From the NCBI GenBank assembly GCA_963717465.1, contig OY970340.1, positions 2,912,001 through 2,976,000 on the forward strand: a DNA stretch of 64,000 nucleotides, read 5' to 3'. Position numbers and translations under genes: made by a program. This document shows, piece after piece, positions 50,741 to 61,509 of the stretch (the stretch's first letter is position 1; each line of letters starts with the position of its first letter). The notes under the pieces were generated by a model. The model had not been told where the DNA came from. It ran no database searches and saw nothing but the letters and a program-made list of their open reading frames with translations. The stretch is from Candidatus Bathyarchaeota archaeon. GTDB taxonomy: Archaea > Thermoproteota > Bathyarchaeia > Bathyarchaeales > Bathycorpusculaceae.

Positions 50741-51397
50741 TTAGCTGTTACCGTTATTATCATTTGAATTGTCATTGCTGTTAGAATTATTGTTGCTGCT
50801 ACCGAATAATCCGCTAAAATCATTGAGATTATCCATGTGTACTATAATACCGCTAACATCAATGTTTAAATTAGAAAATTGAAGGTCACTCATGTCACCT
50901 GTCTGATTGCCACTAGCAAGGTCTTGCAATACAGTTTGACCTTGAGCGCTTGATGCTACTGCTGACAAGGTTATGTTTCCAGTTTGATTTGCCGCTACAT
51001 CTAAAGGTTGATCCAACTGTACAGTGAATAGTTGTGTCCCATTTGAAAATGCAACATTTACACCAAAACTGCTAACATCCAGGGTTTTATCTGTAAGGGG
51101 GTTGGTGAAATTTACAGTTAAAGTGGCTGTGCCTGTTTGATTATCATAAGTTATATTTTCTAATTGGGGCGACTGAAGATTATTAGGATTAACACCAATC
51201 TGAGTCAGAAGTGCTTGCGTGCTATTATTGCCGTTTCCTTGATTGTTGTTGGAATTATTTTGATTCATTAAGCTTAACACTTGGGGCGGAAGGATTAGCC
51301 CTAAGGGGTTGTCCTTGTAGGTGTAACCGACAACGATTAAAGGAATTAGGATACAGCAAACAGTGATTAACCTCAAGATCCACTTAAGTTTATTCAA
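50741..51397 (-). CDS. Membrane-anchored Asn-rich extracellular protein
   Basis: N-terminal TM; NFTNP; poly-N tracts and many NxS/T sequons. Confidence 0.7.
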   Translation of the reverse strand: MNKLKWILRLITVCCILIPLIVVGYTYKDNPLGLILPPQVLSLMNQNNSNNNQGNGNNSTQALLTQIGVNPNNLQSPQLENITYDNQTGTATLTVNFTNPLTDKTLDVSSFGVNVAFSNGTQLFTVQLDQPLDVAANQTGNITLSAVASSAQGQTVLQDLASGNQTGDMSDLQFSNLNIDVSGIIVHMDNLNDFSGLFGSSNNNSNSNDNSNDNNGNS

Positions 51398-51715
51398 GTC
51401 ATCACCAGCACGAATGAGACGTATTATTATTATCTCCTTATATTACTTATGAATTTAACATAAGATTGTGCTGACTGAGAATCTGAGCAAATAATCCGAA
51501 AATCGCGAATAAGGAAGGCTAATTGAATTGGAAAATAGGGCATAATTTTTCGACTATGAAGTGGACGTGCTTGGGTAATCGTAAGCGAAGTTATTTCGAT
51601 TCGAAATTTAGATGAAAACTTTTCTAAATACAATTGTAAGGAAAATTTTATATACATAATTTATCTATATGTCTGCCAAACGGTGACTAAATTAATGACA
51701 AAAGGTGGTGATTAA

Positions 51716-52099
51716 GTGATTGGAAAGAAACCGATTTACATAGTAGCCACATTGATTTTAGTTGCTATTGCAGCAATGAGTTTTGCAGCAGCGGCTTTTT
51801 ATATCTATAGCAATGGAAGCGTCGGCCAAAGTGTGACAGTTAATTATAATCTCTCGCCATTGCAAGTATCTCAAAACAATGCTAATGATGTTTGCCAGTA
51901 TACGCTTACAACTACTTTAACAAATAATGGTGCTCCTATGGCTGGACAAAGTGTCACGTTTACCTGGTACAATTCTACTTCGGATACTTGGCAACCTATA
52001 GCTTATGCTATTACAACAGCAAGTGGTTTAGCAACGACTGTCTGGTACGCGACTAGCGATGGAGTTTACAATTTTAACGCTTATTACTACGTCTCTTAA
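51716..52099 (+). CDS. Secreted small Ig-like protein
   Basis: Signal peptide; GAPMAGQSVTF...TTASGLA. Confidence 0.65.
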   Translation: MIGKKPIYIVATLILVAIAAMSFAAAAFYIYSNGSVGQSVTVNYNLSPLQVSQNNANDVCQYTLTTTLTNNGAPMAGQSVTFTWYNSTSDTWQPIAYAITTASGLATTVWYATSDGVYNFNAYYYVS

Positions 52100-52262
52100 A
52101 AAAAGAGGGCATTACATTCTTATTTTTTATCAATCGATTTTTTTTAAAAACGCGTAAAAGGAACATTTCAATTCCAAAATCCAATAACAAGTTAACAGAT
52201 GCTAACGTGATGCCGATAATCGATTCTTGAGTTCTGGAGTTCTGAAACGTTAAGAAAAAAAT

Positions 52263-52743
52263 TTAATCCAACTTTTTAGTCATCACGTAGGCGTCTTCGC
52301 CGTCTGAGTAGTAGCCGGGTATTGTCCGTGTTATTTCAAAACCTAGAGTTCTTATAAAGCGTAATTGCACCTTCATTCGTAACTCGGACCTCTAAGAAGC
52401 CCTGTTTAGCCTTATAGTAACGCATGCCATCCAACGCCTTAGTAATCAAGGACTTACCAATGCCCTTACGTCTGTTCGCTGGCAAAACAGCGATTGAAAC
52501 AACATGCCCCTTACGCAAAAGTCCTCCGAAACCAAAATTTGATAACCCAACCTCTATACGGCACATTATATAGCCAACAATTTGTCCCTGATACTCAGCC
52601 ACAATGAATGTTTCGGCAAATCGTTGAAACAAATCAACAAAAAAGTAATCCGTATAGTTTTCTGGAAGACAAACTCGGTTTATATTCATAACACTTTGCA
52701 AGTCGTCTCTAACGAATTTTCGCAAGGTAAACGTTTGCTGCAT
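52263..52743 (-). CDS. N-terminal protein acetyltransferase (RimI/Ard1); frameshift near 52349
   Basis: INRVCLPENY, GHVVSIAV, LEVRVTN; corrected C-terminus LYKTLGFEITRTIPGYYSDGEDAYVM. Confidence 0.92.
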
Positions 52744-52836
52744 CCTGTCGCCTTACTTATGGCTGTTCATATTTTCCACTTAAATGTTACGCTTTGAAGC
52801 TCTAATAATTCTTTATTTGTCCATGAAGGAAAGATG

Positions 52837-54120
52837 TTAGGGCTTAATTTCTTCTGATGCTTTAACCATAGGCAAGGTCAAGTTGCCATGAGGCAATGCC
52901 CAAACTCTTGCTCCAGAACCTGCAAGTTTCAAAGCCTCCGCGAAAGCGTCGTTGACGGCTCTTGCTGTCTTGAGCTTAAAAATGTTTATAGCATAGTAAT
53001 CTGGCAGTGACGAGACCAAAATAATCTGGTGATTCTGAAGAGCTTTCAATAAATAATAAGCTTTATGGCCGCCCATTACGAAGTTTCGTTTGATTTCCCG
53101 CTCCACATTCTTCAAGTCTCCAAACTTTGTCATCCAATCATAAAAAACCTGGTTTCCATGACCTTCAAGACATTCTGCAACCAAAATTATTACACCCCCA
53201 CGTTTCACAACTTCCAAAGCATTGTCTAATGCCTTGTATGCTTGATACAGATTTATGTCTGAAGGATATCCTCCAGCGCTTACAACAGCGATGTCCGCTC
53301 GGCGATCCACGGTGACGCTATACATGGCATCCACAAGTTTAACAGCTTCCGAAAAAGCCAATTCTAAATCGCCAGCAAACGCCTTGACAATTTCGTTTTT
53401 TCCATTCGTAACAACATTAACTATGAAATCAACTTTCGCCAGTCTAGCTGCTTCAGTCATGTCTTGATGCACTGGATTGTTTTCTAAAATTCCTGTTCGC
53501 GCATTAGAATGCAAAAGCATGGCATGGTTATGCTGAATGCTTTCTGCCCCACAAACCGCTGGCAAAACACTTTTTCTGCCTCCACCGTAACCAGCGTAAT
53601 AATGGAAACAAACGTCTCCTAAAAGCACTTTTACATCAGCCTGTGCAAAAACCTTGTTTAGGTAAATTTTGTTGCCAAAAGTCTTAGTTGATCCAACTAG
53701 GACTAAATCTTCTGCATTGCAATCATGGCTTAATGTTTTTACTCGTTTAAGCGCTTCTTCACCTAATAGTGCGGTTGCTTCTTCAGGTTTAACTGCTCGA
53801 TGTAAGCCACAACCGAAAATAACTGTGATATTCTCATCTTTGACGTCACCGGTATTTAATTCGGCAAGCACTGGTAATAGCATTACTTCACTTGGTGTAT
53901 GCCTAGTGGCATCGTCAACTACGATGGCTACTTTATGCTCAGGTTTAACTATTTCACTTAACCGTTTAGATCCTAACGGTTCCTTCAAGGCTCGCTCCAC
54001 TTCAGCTTTGCCATCCGCTACGCCTTTGTGTTCTGTTGGCTCTATAACTCCTAAAAAGTTTCGAGCTGGAATTCGAACGCACACATCAGTTTTTCCGTAC
54101 GGAAGCCAAACATCTACCAT
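52837..54120 (-). CDS. larA: LarA-family nickel-pincer racemase/epimerase
   Basis: VVDDATRHTP, GLHR, HYYAGYGGGRKS, GGYPSDINLYQAYK. Confidence 0.9.
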   Translation of the reverse strand: MVDVWLPYGKTDVCVRIPARNFLGVIEPTEHKGVADGKAEVERALKEPLGSKRLSEIVKPEHKVAIVVDDATRHTPSEVMLLPVLAELNTGDVKDENITVIFGCGLHRAVKPEEATALLGEEALKRVKTLSHDCNAEDLVLVGSTKTFGNKIYLNKVFAQADVKVLLGDVCFHYYAGYGGGRKSVLPAVCGAESIQHNHAMLLHSNARTGILENNPVHQDMTEAARLAKVDFIVNVVTNGKNEIVKAFAGDLELAFSEAVKLVDAMYSVTVDRRADIAVVSAGGYPSDINLYQAYKALDNALEVVKRGGVIILVAECLEGHGNQVFYDWMTKFGDLKNVEREIKRNFVMGGHKAYYLLKALQNHQIILVSSLPDYYAINIFKLKTARAVNDAFAEALKLAGSGARVWALPHGNLTLPMVKASEEIKP

Positions 54121-54274
54121 GACAATATCACGAATTGTATATTACATGTCACGTTATAAGAAGCTATTAAGCATTATCAAAACATGAAACATGAACAAAA
54201 GCCAGCGATAAGTTACGTTCAACACAACTTCTTTAAAATGCAGTGTTTATAATATTTATTTAGGAATTGAGCAA

Positions 54275-54967
54275 ATGAGCATCCAAAAGACACCTGAAAA
54301 AAACACTGTCCTGTTTGCATGGTTTAACCAGTACTCAGGCATACTTCTCAAAACACCCACAAAAACCTTGATTATAGATCCTGTTGAAGTCAAAACCAAG
54401 AATATACAGAATATTGACGCAATTCTAATAACACATGAACATTATGATCACTTTGACCCAAGATTAATCGTGGACATCCAAAAAATAACAAACTGCACAA
54501 TAATCGCAGATTCAGCCTCTGCTAAACGATTGCAACTAGTAATTCCAACCGAGAAACTCCAAGAGATTTCTCCCGGACAAGAAGTGAAAATCGGCGAAGT
54601 ATTGGTGAGAGCTGAAAAATGCAAGCACACTGCAGAGGCACCAGTAACGTACATTATAACCAGCGAAGATGGCGTAAAAATATACCACACCGCGGATAGT
54701 CTGCCTTTTCCAGAATTAGCTACTATGGGGCAGAAAGAGAAATTCGACGTAGTCTTCTGCACTGTCGGAATCTCAGTCGGAGCCACCCCTGAAACAGGCT
54801 TTGAAATCGCTAGATTAACAAGACCTCAAGTAGCAGTTCCATACCATACAAATTCAACAGCAGATCAAACCGAGTTCGCGACAAGACTAAAGAAACAATT
54901 GCCTAAAATTGCATGCTTGATTCCTGAGGTAAACAAGATTTACCAAGTTACAAAAAGCAGTAAGTGA
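54275..54967 (+). CDS. MBL-fold metallo-hydrolase (UlaG-like)
   Basis: IIDP, ITHEHYDH, YHTADS, VPYH. Confidence 0.88.
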   Translation: MSIQKTPEKNTVLFAWFNQYSGILLKTPTKTLIIDPVEVKTKNIQNIDAILITHEHYDHFDPRLIVDIQKITNCTIIADSASAKRLQLVIPTEKLQEISPGQEVKIGEVLVRAEKCKHTAEAPVTYIITSEDGVKIYHTADSLPFPELATMGQKEKFDVVFCTVGISVGATPETGFEIARLTRPQVAVPYHTNSTADQTEFATRLKKQLPKIACLIPEVNKIYQVTKSSK

Positions 54968-55602
54968 TAAGCTTGGAAACAGAAAAGAATTTGGGAAAAA
55001 AACGTGGAGTATTAGTTAATATACTTTTTAAGATTGACGCCTTGAAATTTGGTGTTTTCAAATTATCCAGTGGAAAAGCAAGCCCATACTATGTTGACTT
55101 AAGAGTAGTTCCCAGTTTTCCCGATGCTTACCATGAAATATGCGATTTCTATGGTGAATCAATAAAAAATCAAATCGGAATTAATAACTTTAATAGGATC
55201 GCAGGTATACCGTTGGCAGGCATCCCATTTGCATCTCAAATCGCATACAACTTGAATAAACCTTTTTTGTACTTGCGAAAAGGCGTTAGTCATCATGGAA
55301 GAGAAAGAAGAGTTGAAGGCGTCCTTGCCTCAGGAGACAAGGTCTTGCTCGTTGATGATTTAGTTACTACGGGATTAACTTTGAAGAAAGCAGCCGATGC
55401 GATAAGAGCTGAAGGGGGAGTGGTAACGCAGGCTGTCGCCTTTTTAGACCGTGAAGAAGGTGGCGCAAAGAAGCTTGAAGAAAACGGAATAAAACTTTAT
55501 GCTCTTTTAAAGATAAGTGAAGTCGCAAAAAGCCTGTATGAAATGGGAGCTATTGAAGAAGATAGCCTAAAAACAATACTAAAGCAAGTAAAAAAGAAAT
55601 AG
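54964..55602 (+). CDS. pyrE: Orotate phosphoribosyltransferase
   Basis: FGVFKLSSGKASPYYVDLR, LVDDLVTTG. Confidence 0.93.
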   Translation: MISLETEKNLGKKRGVLVNILFKIDALKFGVFKLSSGKASPYYVDLRVVPSFPDAYHEICDFYGESIKNQIGINNFNRIAGIPLAGIPFASQIAYNLNKPFLYLRKGVSHHGRERRVEGVLASGDKVLLVDDLVTTGLTLKKAADAIRAEGGVVTQAVAFLDREEGGAKKLEENGIKLYALLKISEVAKSLYEMGAIEEDSLKTILKQVKKK

Positions 55603-55607
55603 CATTA

Positions 55608-56168
55608 TCACTCGTAAAAGATTAAACTTTTTTCTTCAAGAAGCGCATGCAATTTTCCAACTGCATCGTAAACATCTTGCTCTTTCTTAGCTCCAGTGCA
55701 AACGAGCTTTCCACTGGCAAACTGAAGAATCACTACTTTAGGTTCTTCCATACGATAGATTAAGCCTGGAAACTGCTCAGGTTCATACATTGCATGTCCA
55801 AGAGTGTAAGCTGCTTTTTCAAGATCAACCAAGCCACCTAAAGATGCAGATGCAACAATATTTTGAATCTTCAACTCTGGTTTACTTATTATTATTATTC
55901 CGCCCTTCTTCAACTCCTTAATAACTTTCATTACCGCTCTGCGCGACTCTTTTTCTGACTTGGCTCCAGTACAAACCATTTTTCCAGAATTAAAAATCAA
56001 AGTGGCAGTTTTCGGCCTTTTAATTCTAAAAACTAAACCAGGAAACTGCTCAGGATGATACTCAACCCCAGGGTACCCTTTCACTACAGCGTTTAAATCC
56101 ACCTTTTGATTTAACGTTGCAGAAGCCACAACGTTTTCGATGCCTATTATCGCTTTAACCTTTGGCAT
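55608..56168 (-). CDS. tbp: TATA-box binding protein
   Basis: Two repeats of ENVVAS/QNIVAS...YxPEQFPGL...SGK.VCTGAK. Confidence 0.98.
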   Translation of the reverse strand: MPKVKAIIGIENVVASATLNQKVDLNAVVKGYPGVEYHPEQFPGLVFRIKRPKTATLIFNSGKMVCTGAKSEKESRRAVMKVIKELKKGGIIIISKPELKIQNIVASASLGGLVDLEKAAYTLGHAMYEPEQFPGLIYRMEEPKVVILQFASGKLVCTGAKKEQDVYDAVGKLHALLEEKSLIFYE

Positions 56169-56383
56169 GCGTTTCCTCTCTTATGTGCGCACCATCAATG
56201 TTTATCCTGTATTAAATGTATTTCTTAATAAACCCATTTATGCGTTACCTATAGCGTTCTTAAGGCAGGCACTTAAAATTTTGATTTTATCATTTACAGG
56301 AGACAACTTTCTTATGCCATTCAGAAATCTCATTGAAAAAAAGAAAATTGGGAAGCAATTATTAGTGAACGTGAAGTTCTCTT

Positions 56384-56554
56384 TTAGATTTTCTTTTTGC
56401 TTAGTACTTCTCGGAACGTAGCGTGGCATTTCGGACATTCATAAAGACCGATTTCAAGTTGCATTCTTTTCCCAGATTTATCCGGGCGACCAGCCATTTT
56501 CCAAGTCTTCTTTGACTTTGAAACTTCTGTTCCACACTTTGGACATTTAGCCAT
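56384..56554 (-). CDS. Cren7-like chromatin protein with two CxxC motifs
   Basis: Own translation: MAKCPKCGTEVSKSKKTWKMAGRPDKSGKRMQLEIGLYECPKCHATFREVLSKKKI; K.W...IGL.....FR pattern of Cren7. Confidence 0.8.
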   Translation of the reverse strand: MAKCPKCGTEVSKSKKTWKMAGRPDKSGKRMQLEIGLYECPKCHATFREVLSKKKI

Positions 56555-56824
56555 TCCTTTTCCTCCGTATATTATGGATTCTTGTTTTATCTAGATGGAT
56601 AAAAAACTTTCCATAGTTTTTGAATAGATAACTTCCATTTTTCCGTGAAAATTAGACATATATTTGTTAATGCTCAAGAAAAACAACGAAAAATTGCTAA
56701 AATTAAATTCTCGTCTTGAGATCATTTAAGTAACCAATTAAGCTTGATCTTTTTTGAAGAAAAAGCCAAAATGTTTTTTACGACTCCTTCAAGATTAGTT
56801 TTGATATCGAAGGTTTAAATTAAC

Positions 56825-59702
56825 GTGGAAGAGGTTTCTGAAAATTCTTTTGCGGCACTCGTGAAGCCAATTCGAAGACTTATCGAACAGAAAGGTTTCT
56901 CTAAGCCAACTGATCCTCAAGAGAAAACGATACCAAGAATTCTTGAAGGCAAAAATGTTCTTTTGATTTCGCCAACTGCAACTGGCAAAACAGAAGCGGC
57001 TTTTCTTCCAGTGTTGAGCATGCTTTTGAAAGAACCTAGAACTCCAGGAATAAAAGTGCTTTACATAACACCGTTGAGGGCATTAAATAGGGATTTGCTT
57101 GAACGGCTTGAATGGTGGTGCAATAACCTGGATATTAAACTGGCAGTTCGGCATGGAGACACTGACACAAAAGAACGCGCCCGTCAATCACGAAGCCCTC
57201 CGGACATCTTAATCACGACGCCTGAAACGTTGCAGATAATTCTTTCAGGTTGGCTTCTGCGACAACACCTGCAAAGTTTACGTTGGGTAGTAGTTGATGA
57301 AGTACATGAGTTAGCTGACAGCAAACGCGGAAGTCAAATGTCTCTTGCGTTGGAGCGAGTCCGTGATCTCATCGGAAAAGATTTCCAAACAATCGGTTTA
57401 TCAGCAACTATTGGAAGCCCAGAAAAAGTTGCACATTTCCTTGCAGGGGCTAATCGACCTGTAGAAATTATTCGCGTGCCCGTGGCTAAAATGGTTAAGC
57501 TTCAAGTTATTTATCCAGAACCCACAGAAGAAGACTCAAGGTTCGCAGCGAAAATATACACTCACCCTGAAGTCGCTGCTAGACTGCGAATTATACGGGA
57601 TTTGATGAGTAAACGCAAATCTGTTCTCCTATTTACAAACACGCGTTCAATATCTGAAGTCTTGGCGTCAAGGTTCAAAGTTTGGGACGTAGATTTTCCT
57701 GTTTCTATTCATCACGGCTCACTAGCTAAGCCTTCTCGCATTGCAGCTGAAACGGGATTAAAAAGCGGCGAGCTTAAAGGTTTAATCGCTACCAGCAGCT
57801 TAGAACTTGGAATTGATGTTGGACGAATAGATTTAGTCATCCAATATATGAGTCCAAGACAAGTAGCACGTTTAATTCAACGAGTTGGACGTGCAGGCCA
57901 CACTTATGGCGACGTTGCAGAAGGGATAATAATTGGGATGGATTCTGACGATACGCTTGAAGCGTTAGTTATCGCACGAAGAGCCCTAAAAGAAGAATTG
58001 GAACCGGTCGAAATTCCAGATAAACCTTATGACGTTTTAGTTGATCAAATAGCGGGATTATTGCTTAAGAAAAGGAGGTTAGAGTTTGCTGAAATCTTGG
58101 AGTTGGCACGCAACGCTGCGCCCTACCAAAATTTAACCTTGCAAGATGTTGAAAAAGTGATTAAGTACATGCACAATCGGTTTCCACGTTTAGCTTGGGC
58201 TTCTTTTGAGGATAAGGTAGTGCTTAAACCTCAAAAAACCAAAGCGTTGTTCGAGTATTATTTTGATAATTTATCGATGATTCCTGAGGAAAAACAGTTT
58301 CTTGTTATAGATGAATCAGCAAACACTTCAATTGGAGTTTTGGATGAAGCGTTCATGGCAGAGTACGGTAAGCCTGGAACAAAATTTATTATTCGTGGTA
58401 GCCCCTGGCAGATAATTCACGCAAGCGAAGACAAAGTTTACGTCAGACCAGTAATTGATCCAACAGGTTCAATTCCAAGTTGGATAGGCGAGGAAATTCC
58501 TGTTCCATACGAAGTTGCCCAAGAAGTGGCATACATTCGCGGTTTTGTTGAAGAGAAAACGCATAGTGGACTTTCACCCGATGAAATCAGCGTTTTACTG
58601 TCAGAGCAGTATCCAGCTGATAAAGAAACAATTCTTCATGCTTTACGGGAAACTTTAGAGCAGGTAAACGCTGGCATCGCTGTCCCCACTTCAAAACACT
58701 TGGTGCTTGAAGATTGGGATGATTTTGTTATAGCGCATTCTAATTTTGGTTCACTTACTAACCGTGCCCTAGCCCAGTTTCTGGGACAAGTGTTGTCAGA
58801 TAAACTTGGACGAGGAATTGTCGTTCAGCACGATCCTTACCGCATCTTCTTGCAAACGATGGGAGCATTAAATTCTGAGCAATTGGCTGAAATTTTTAAT
58901 GAGCTAAAAGATTTGCCTGAACAGGCGATAAGAAACACGTTAACGTTGTCGACTGTAAAAACAGGTTTATTCAAACGACGCGTTATTCAGGTAGCCAGAC
59001 GCTTTGGTGCTTTGAAAAAGTGGGCTGACTTTAGCAACATCAGCATCCAAAAACTAGTCACTAGTTTTGAGGGAACCCCCATTTATGAAGAAGGACTTAA
59101 AGAAGTATTCTCAAACGACATTAGTGCAGATGGACTTGTTATGGTTTTGAAGCGGATTCACGATGACGACATACAAGTGACGGTGTTGGCTCCAAATGAA
59201 AATGCCTCGCCTGTAGCCCGTGTGGGAATTGAACGGGTAAGCATGAAAACCGATTTAATTCCTCCAGAGCGGATGCGTGCGGTTCTTGTAGAGTCAGCCA
59301 GAGGCTCGGCTGCTTAATGAAACAGGCAATTTTGTTTGTACAAACTGTTGGGATTACATGGAGATGATTCGCGTTAAAGATTTACCTGACCGACCTAAGT
59401 GCCCAAGATGCGGTTCCTTTGCCCTTGGACTTCTGAAGGTAGAGGAAGAAAAAGCTATGCCGCTAATTGAGAAAAAAGGTGAGAAATTGGCTAAGAACGA
59501 GGAAAAAATGCAGTTGCAAGCTAAACAGAGTGCACAGTTAATTGAAAAGTATGGAAAAGGTGCCGTAATCGGTTTAAGTGCCCGTCGCGTTTCCGTGGCA
59601 GATATTACCAGCGTTTTAGAGAAGGAGCAAAAGCCTTCAGACAAGTTTTACGAGTTAATTTTAGAAGCTGAACGTAAAGCGTTAAGTAAAAGGTTTGAAT
59701 AA
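56825..59702 (+). CDS. Lhr-like SF2 helicase with C-terminal Zn finger; frameshift near 59302
   Basis: PTATGKT, DEVHE, LSAT, TSSLELGID, QRVGRAGH, PSWIGE; CTNC...CPRC after the shift. Confidence 0.93.
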
Positions 59703-59802
59703 AATAAGTTGCAAACAACTTGTGCCTGTGAATAGTTAAACTTTTAAACAAAGAGATATATTCGCTTACATACTTCTATTAATTACATTCGGAGAGTCTA
59801 AA

Positions 59803-60129
59803 GTGGAAATAAGCCGAAAAAACATGCGCGAAGAAGTTCTTCAGCGAGTCAAATTTGTTAAAACATGCGTTATGGCTAGAGAATTATGTTTACTGGTGCG
59901 GACGCAACGTTCCGTTTTAGAGCCAAAGGATGTTCAAGAAATTTGCTCATTCATTTCTAATCTTTGCAAAGAAGGAGGCTGCAAGGAACCAAGCGAATTA
60001 TGCAGTAAAGCTGCTAAAGCCTTGAATGCTAACGAGGAAGATAAGTATTTAGAGTTATGTGCTCAAAGCTGCACTAAATGCGGTGAAGCAAAAAGACCCC
60101 AACCTAAAAGAGAAGCTTACATAACATAG
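59803..60129 (+). CDS. Cys-rich helical hypothetical protein
   Basis: 9 Cys in 108 aa. Confidence 0.65.
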   Translation: MEISRKNMREEVLQRVKFVKTCVMARELCLLVRTQRSVLEPKDVQEICSFISNLCKEGGCKEPSELCSKAAKALNANEEDKYLELCAQSCTKCGEAKRPQPKREAYIT

Positions 60130-60143
60130 TATGGTGAACCGAA

Positions 60144-60626
60144 ATGACGTTTATTGCGCCTTTTGTTCCTACGCCCGCTATCGTGGTTGAACGGATGCTG
60201 CAAATGGTTGACTTGAAAGCTGGCGAAATTTTTTTTGATATGGGAGCTGGAGATGGAAGGACGCTTATTATGGCAGCAAAGGATTTTGGCGCACGAGGCG
60301 TAGGAATCGAGTTACGAGAAGATTTAGCCAAAAAAGCACTTAGCAATATTGAAAGCAATGGTCTCACTGATCGAATAACAATCGTTAATGGCAACATGTT
60401 TAACGTAAACTTGACTTCTGCAGACGTTGTTTTTCTATACTTAACTACAAGCGCTAACGAAAAAATCAAGCCTAAGCTTGAGAATGAATTAAAAAAAGGC
60501 GTGCGCGTTGTTTCGCATGATTATGAGATTATAGGTTGGAAACCCGAGAAAGTTGAGAATTTCTGTGAGAACCCCAAGCTGGGTTATCCAACGCACATGC
60601 TTTATGTTTACAAGAAGCCTCAGTAG
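60144..60626 (+). CDS. Protein-lysine N-methyltransferase (aKMT-like class I SAM MTase)
   Basis: PFVPTP..VVERML, DMGAGDGR, KPKLENELKKGVRVVSHDY. Confidence 0.85.
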   Translation: MTFIAPFVPTPAIVVERMLQMVDLKAGEIFFDMGAGDGRTLIMAAKDFGARGVGIELREDLAKKALSNIESNGLTDRITIVNGNMFNVNLTSADVVFLYLTTSANEKIKPKLENELKKGVRVVSHDYEIIGWKPEKVENFCENPKLGYPTHMLYVYKKPQ

Positions 60627-60825
60627 TCTAAAAATAAGCAGATAATTACTAACGACTTCAATGAAGCACTTTATTCTCTTGATCATTTGTTACTTGAACG
60701 CAAAACTGGTCAAGACACTCCATCAAAATTACGATATTCTGAGTATCAACATGCAAATTGTTACAAAAAAGTTCAAAAACAGCCCCAAAAACTTTAATTG
60801 CATATTTAGCCGTGACTTTTAAGAA

Positions 60826-61353
60826 GTGCGAATGATGCAGTTTGTTCCATGGCGAAATATAGCTAATTGGCAATGCAGCGGTTGCGGTTCCTGCTGCAAA
60901 CTGTACAGTGTCGTCATCAACTTTAGCGAGTGGCTAAAAATAACTGAGGCTTACGGTGCATACTCAACTGTTTCCGGTCCTAACGATTTCTACATTAGAC
61001 GACAAAATGACGGCTCATGCAGTTTCCTTCAGAATAACTATGGCAATTACTGCTGTGCATTACAGAACATGAAGCCGCAAGCATGTAAGCTTTGGCCTTT
61101 CAGGGTTCTGTCTTATCCTAGATATGGAGAGGAAAATCAAGCATCTTACGTTTACGGTGGCGCTAAGATTTACATTTATGCTGACACAAAATGCAACGGC
61201 TTAAAATATGGTTCACCAACATGGGATTTTCTCAATATAACGATTAAGGAATTAGCGGAGATAGCTTTAGGCATAAGAAATGAGCAGCATAAAACAACTA
61301 GAGCTCAGTCACCCTCGCCTCAATCCTGGGGAAGACAGCTGAGATTTCCATAA
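60826..61353 (+). CDS. YkgJ-family cysteine-cluster protein
   Basis: WQCSGCGSCC...CSFL...KPQACKLWPF. Confidence 0.85.
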   Translation: MRMMQFVPWRNIANWQCSGCGSCCKLYSVVINFSEWLKITEAYGAYSTVSGPNDFYIRRQNDGSCSFLQNNYGNYCCALQNMKPQACKLWPFRVLSYPRYGEENQASYVYGGAKIYIYADTKCNGLKYGSPTWDFLNITIKELAEIALGIRNEQHKTTRAQSPSPQSWGRQLRFP

Positions 61354-61509
61354 ACTATGATATTCACTGCTAAATTTTAAGTGTTCATTTTACATGCGTT
61401 TTTGCGTTGATTAGATGCTTATTTGAGGAATGCACAGAGCTTCAAGGGATTAAGTTATTAAATTGGTTTAAAGAGTTAACACTATCAATTTAACAAAGGG
61501 AGCCTTTAC

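Noticed and set aside
56238..56438. 66-aa minus ORF in the ORF track
   Set aside because: Overlaps the better-supported Cren7-like ORF in another frame
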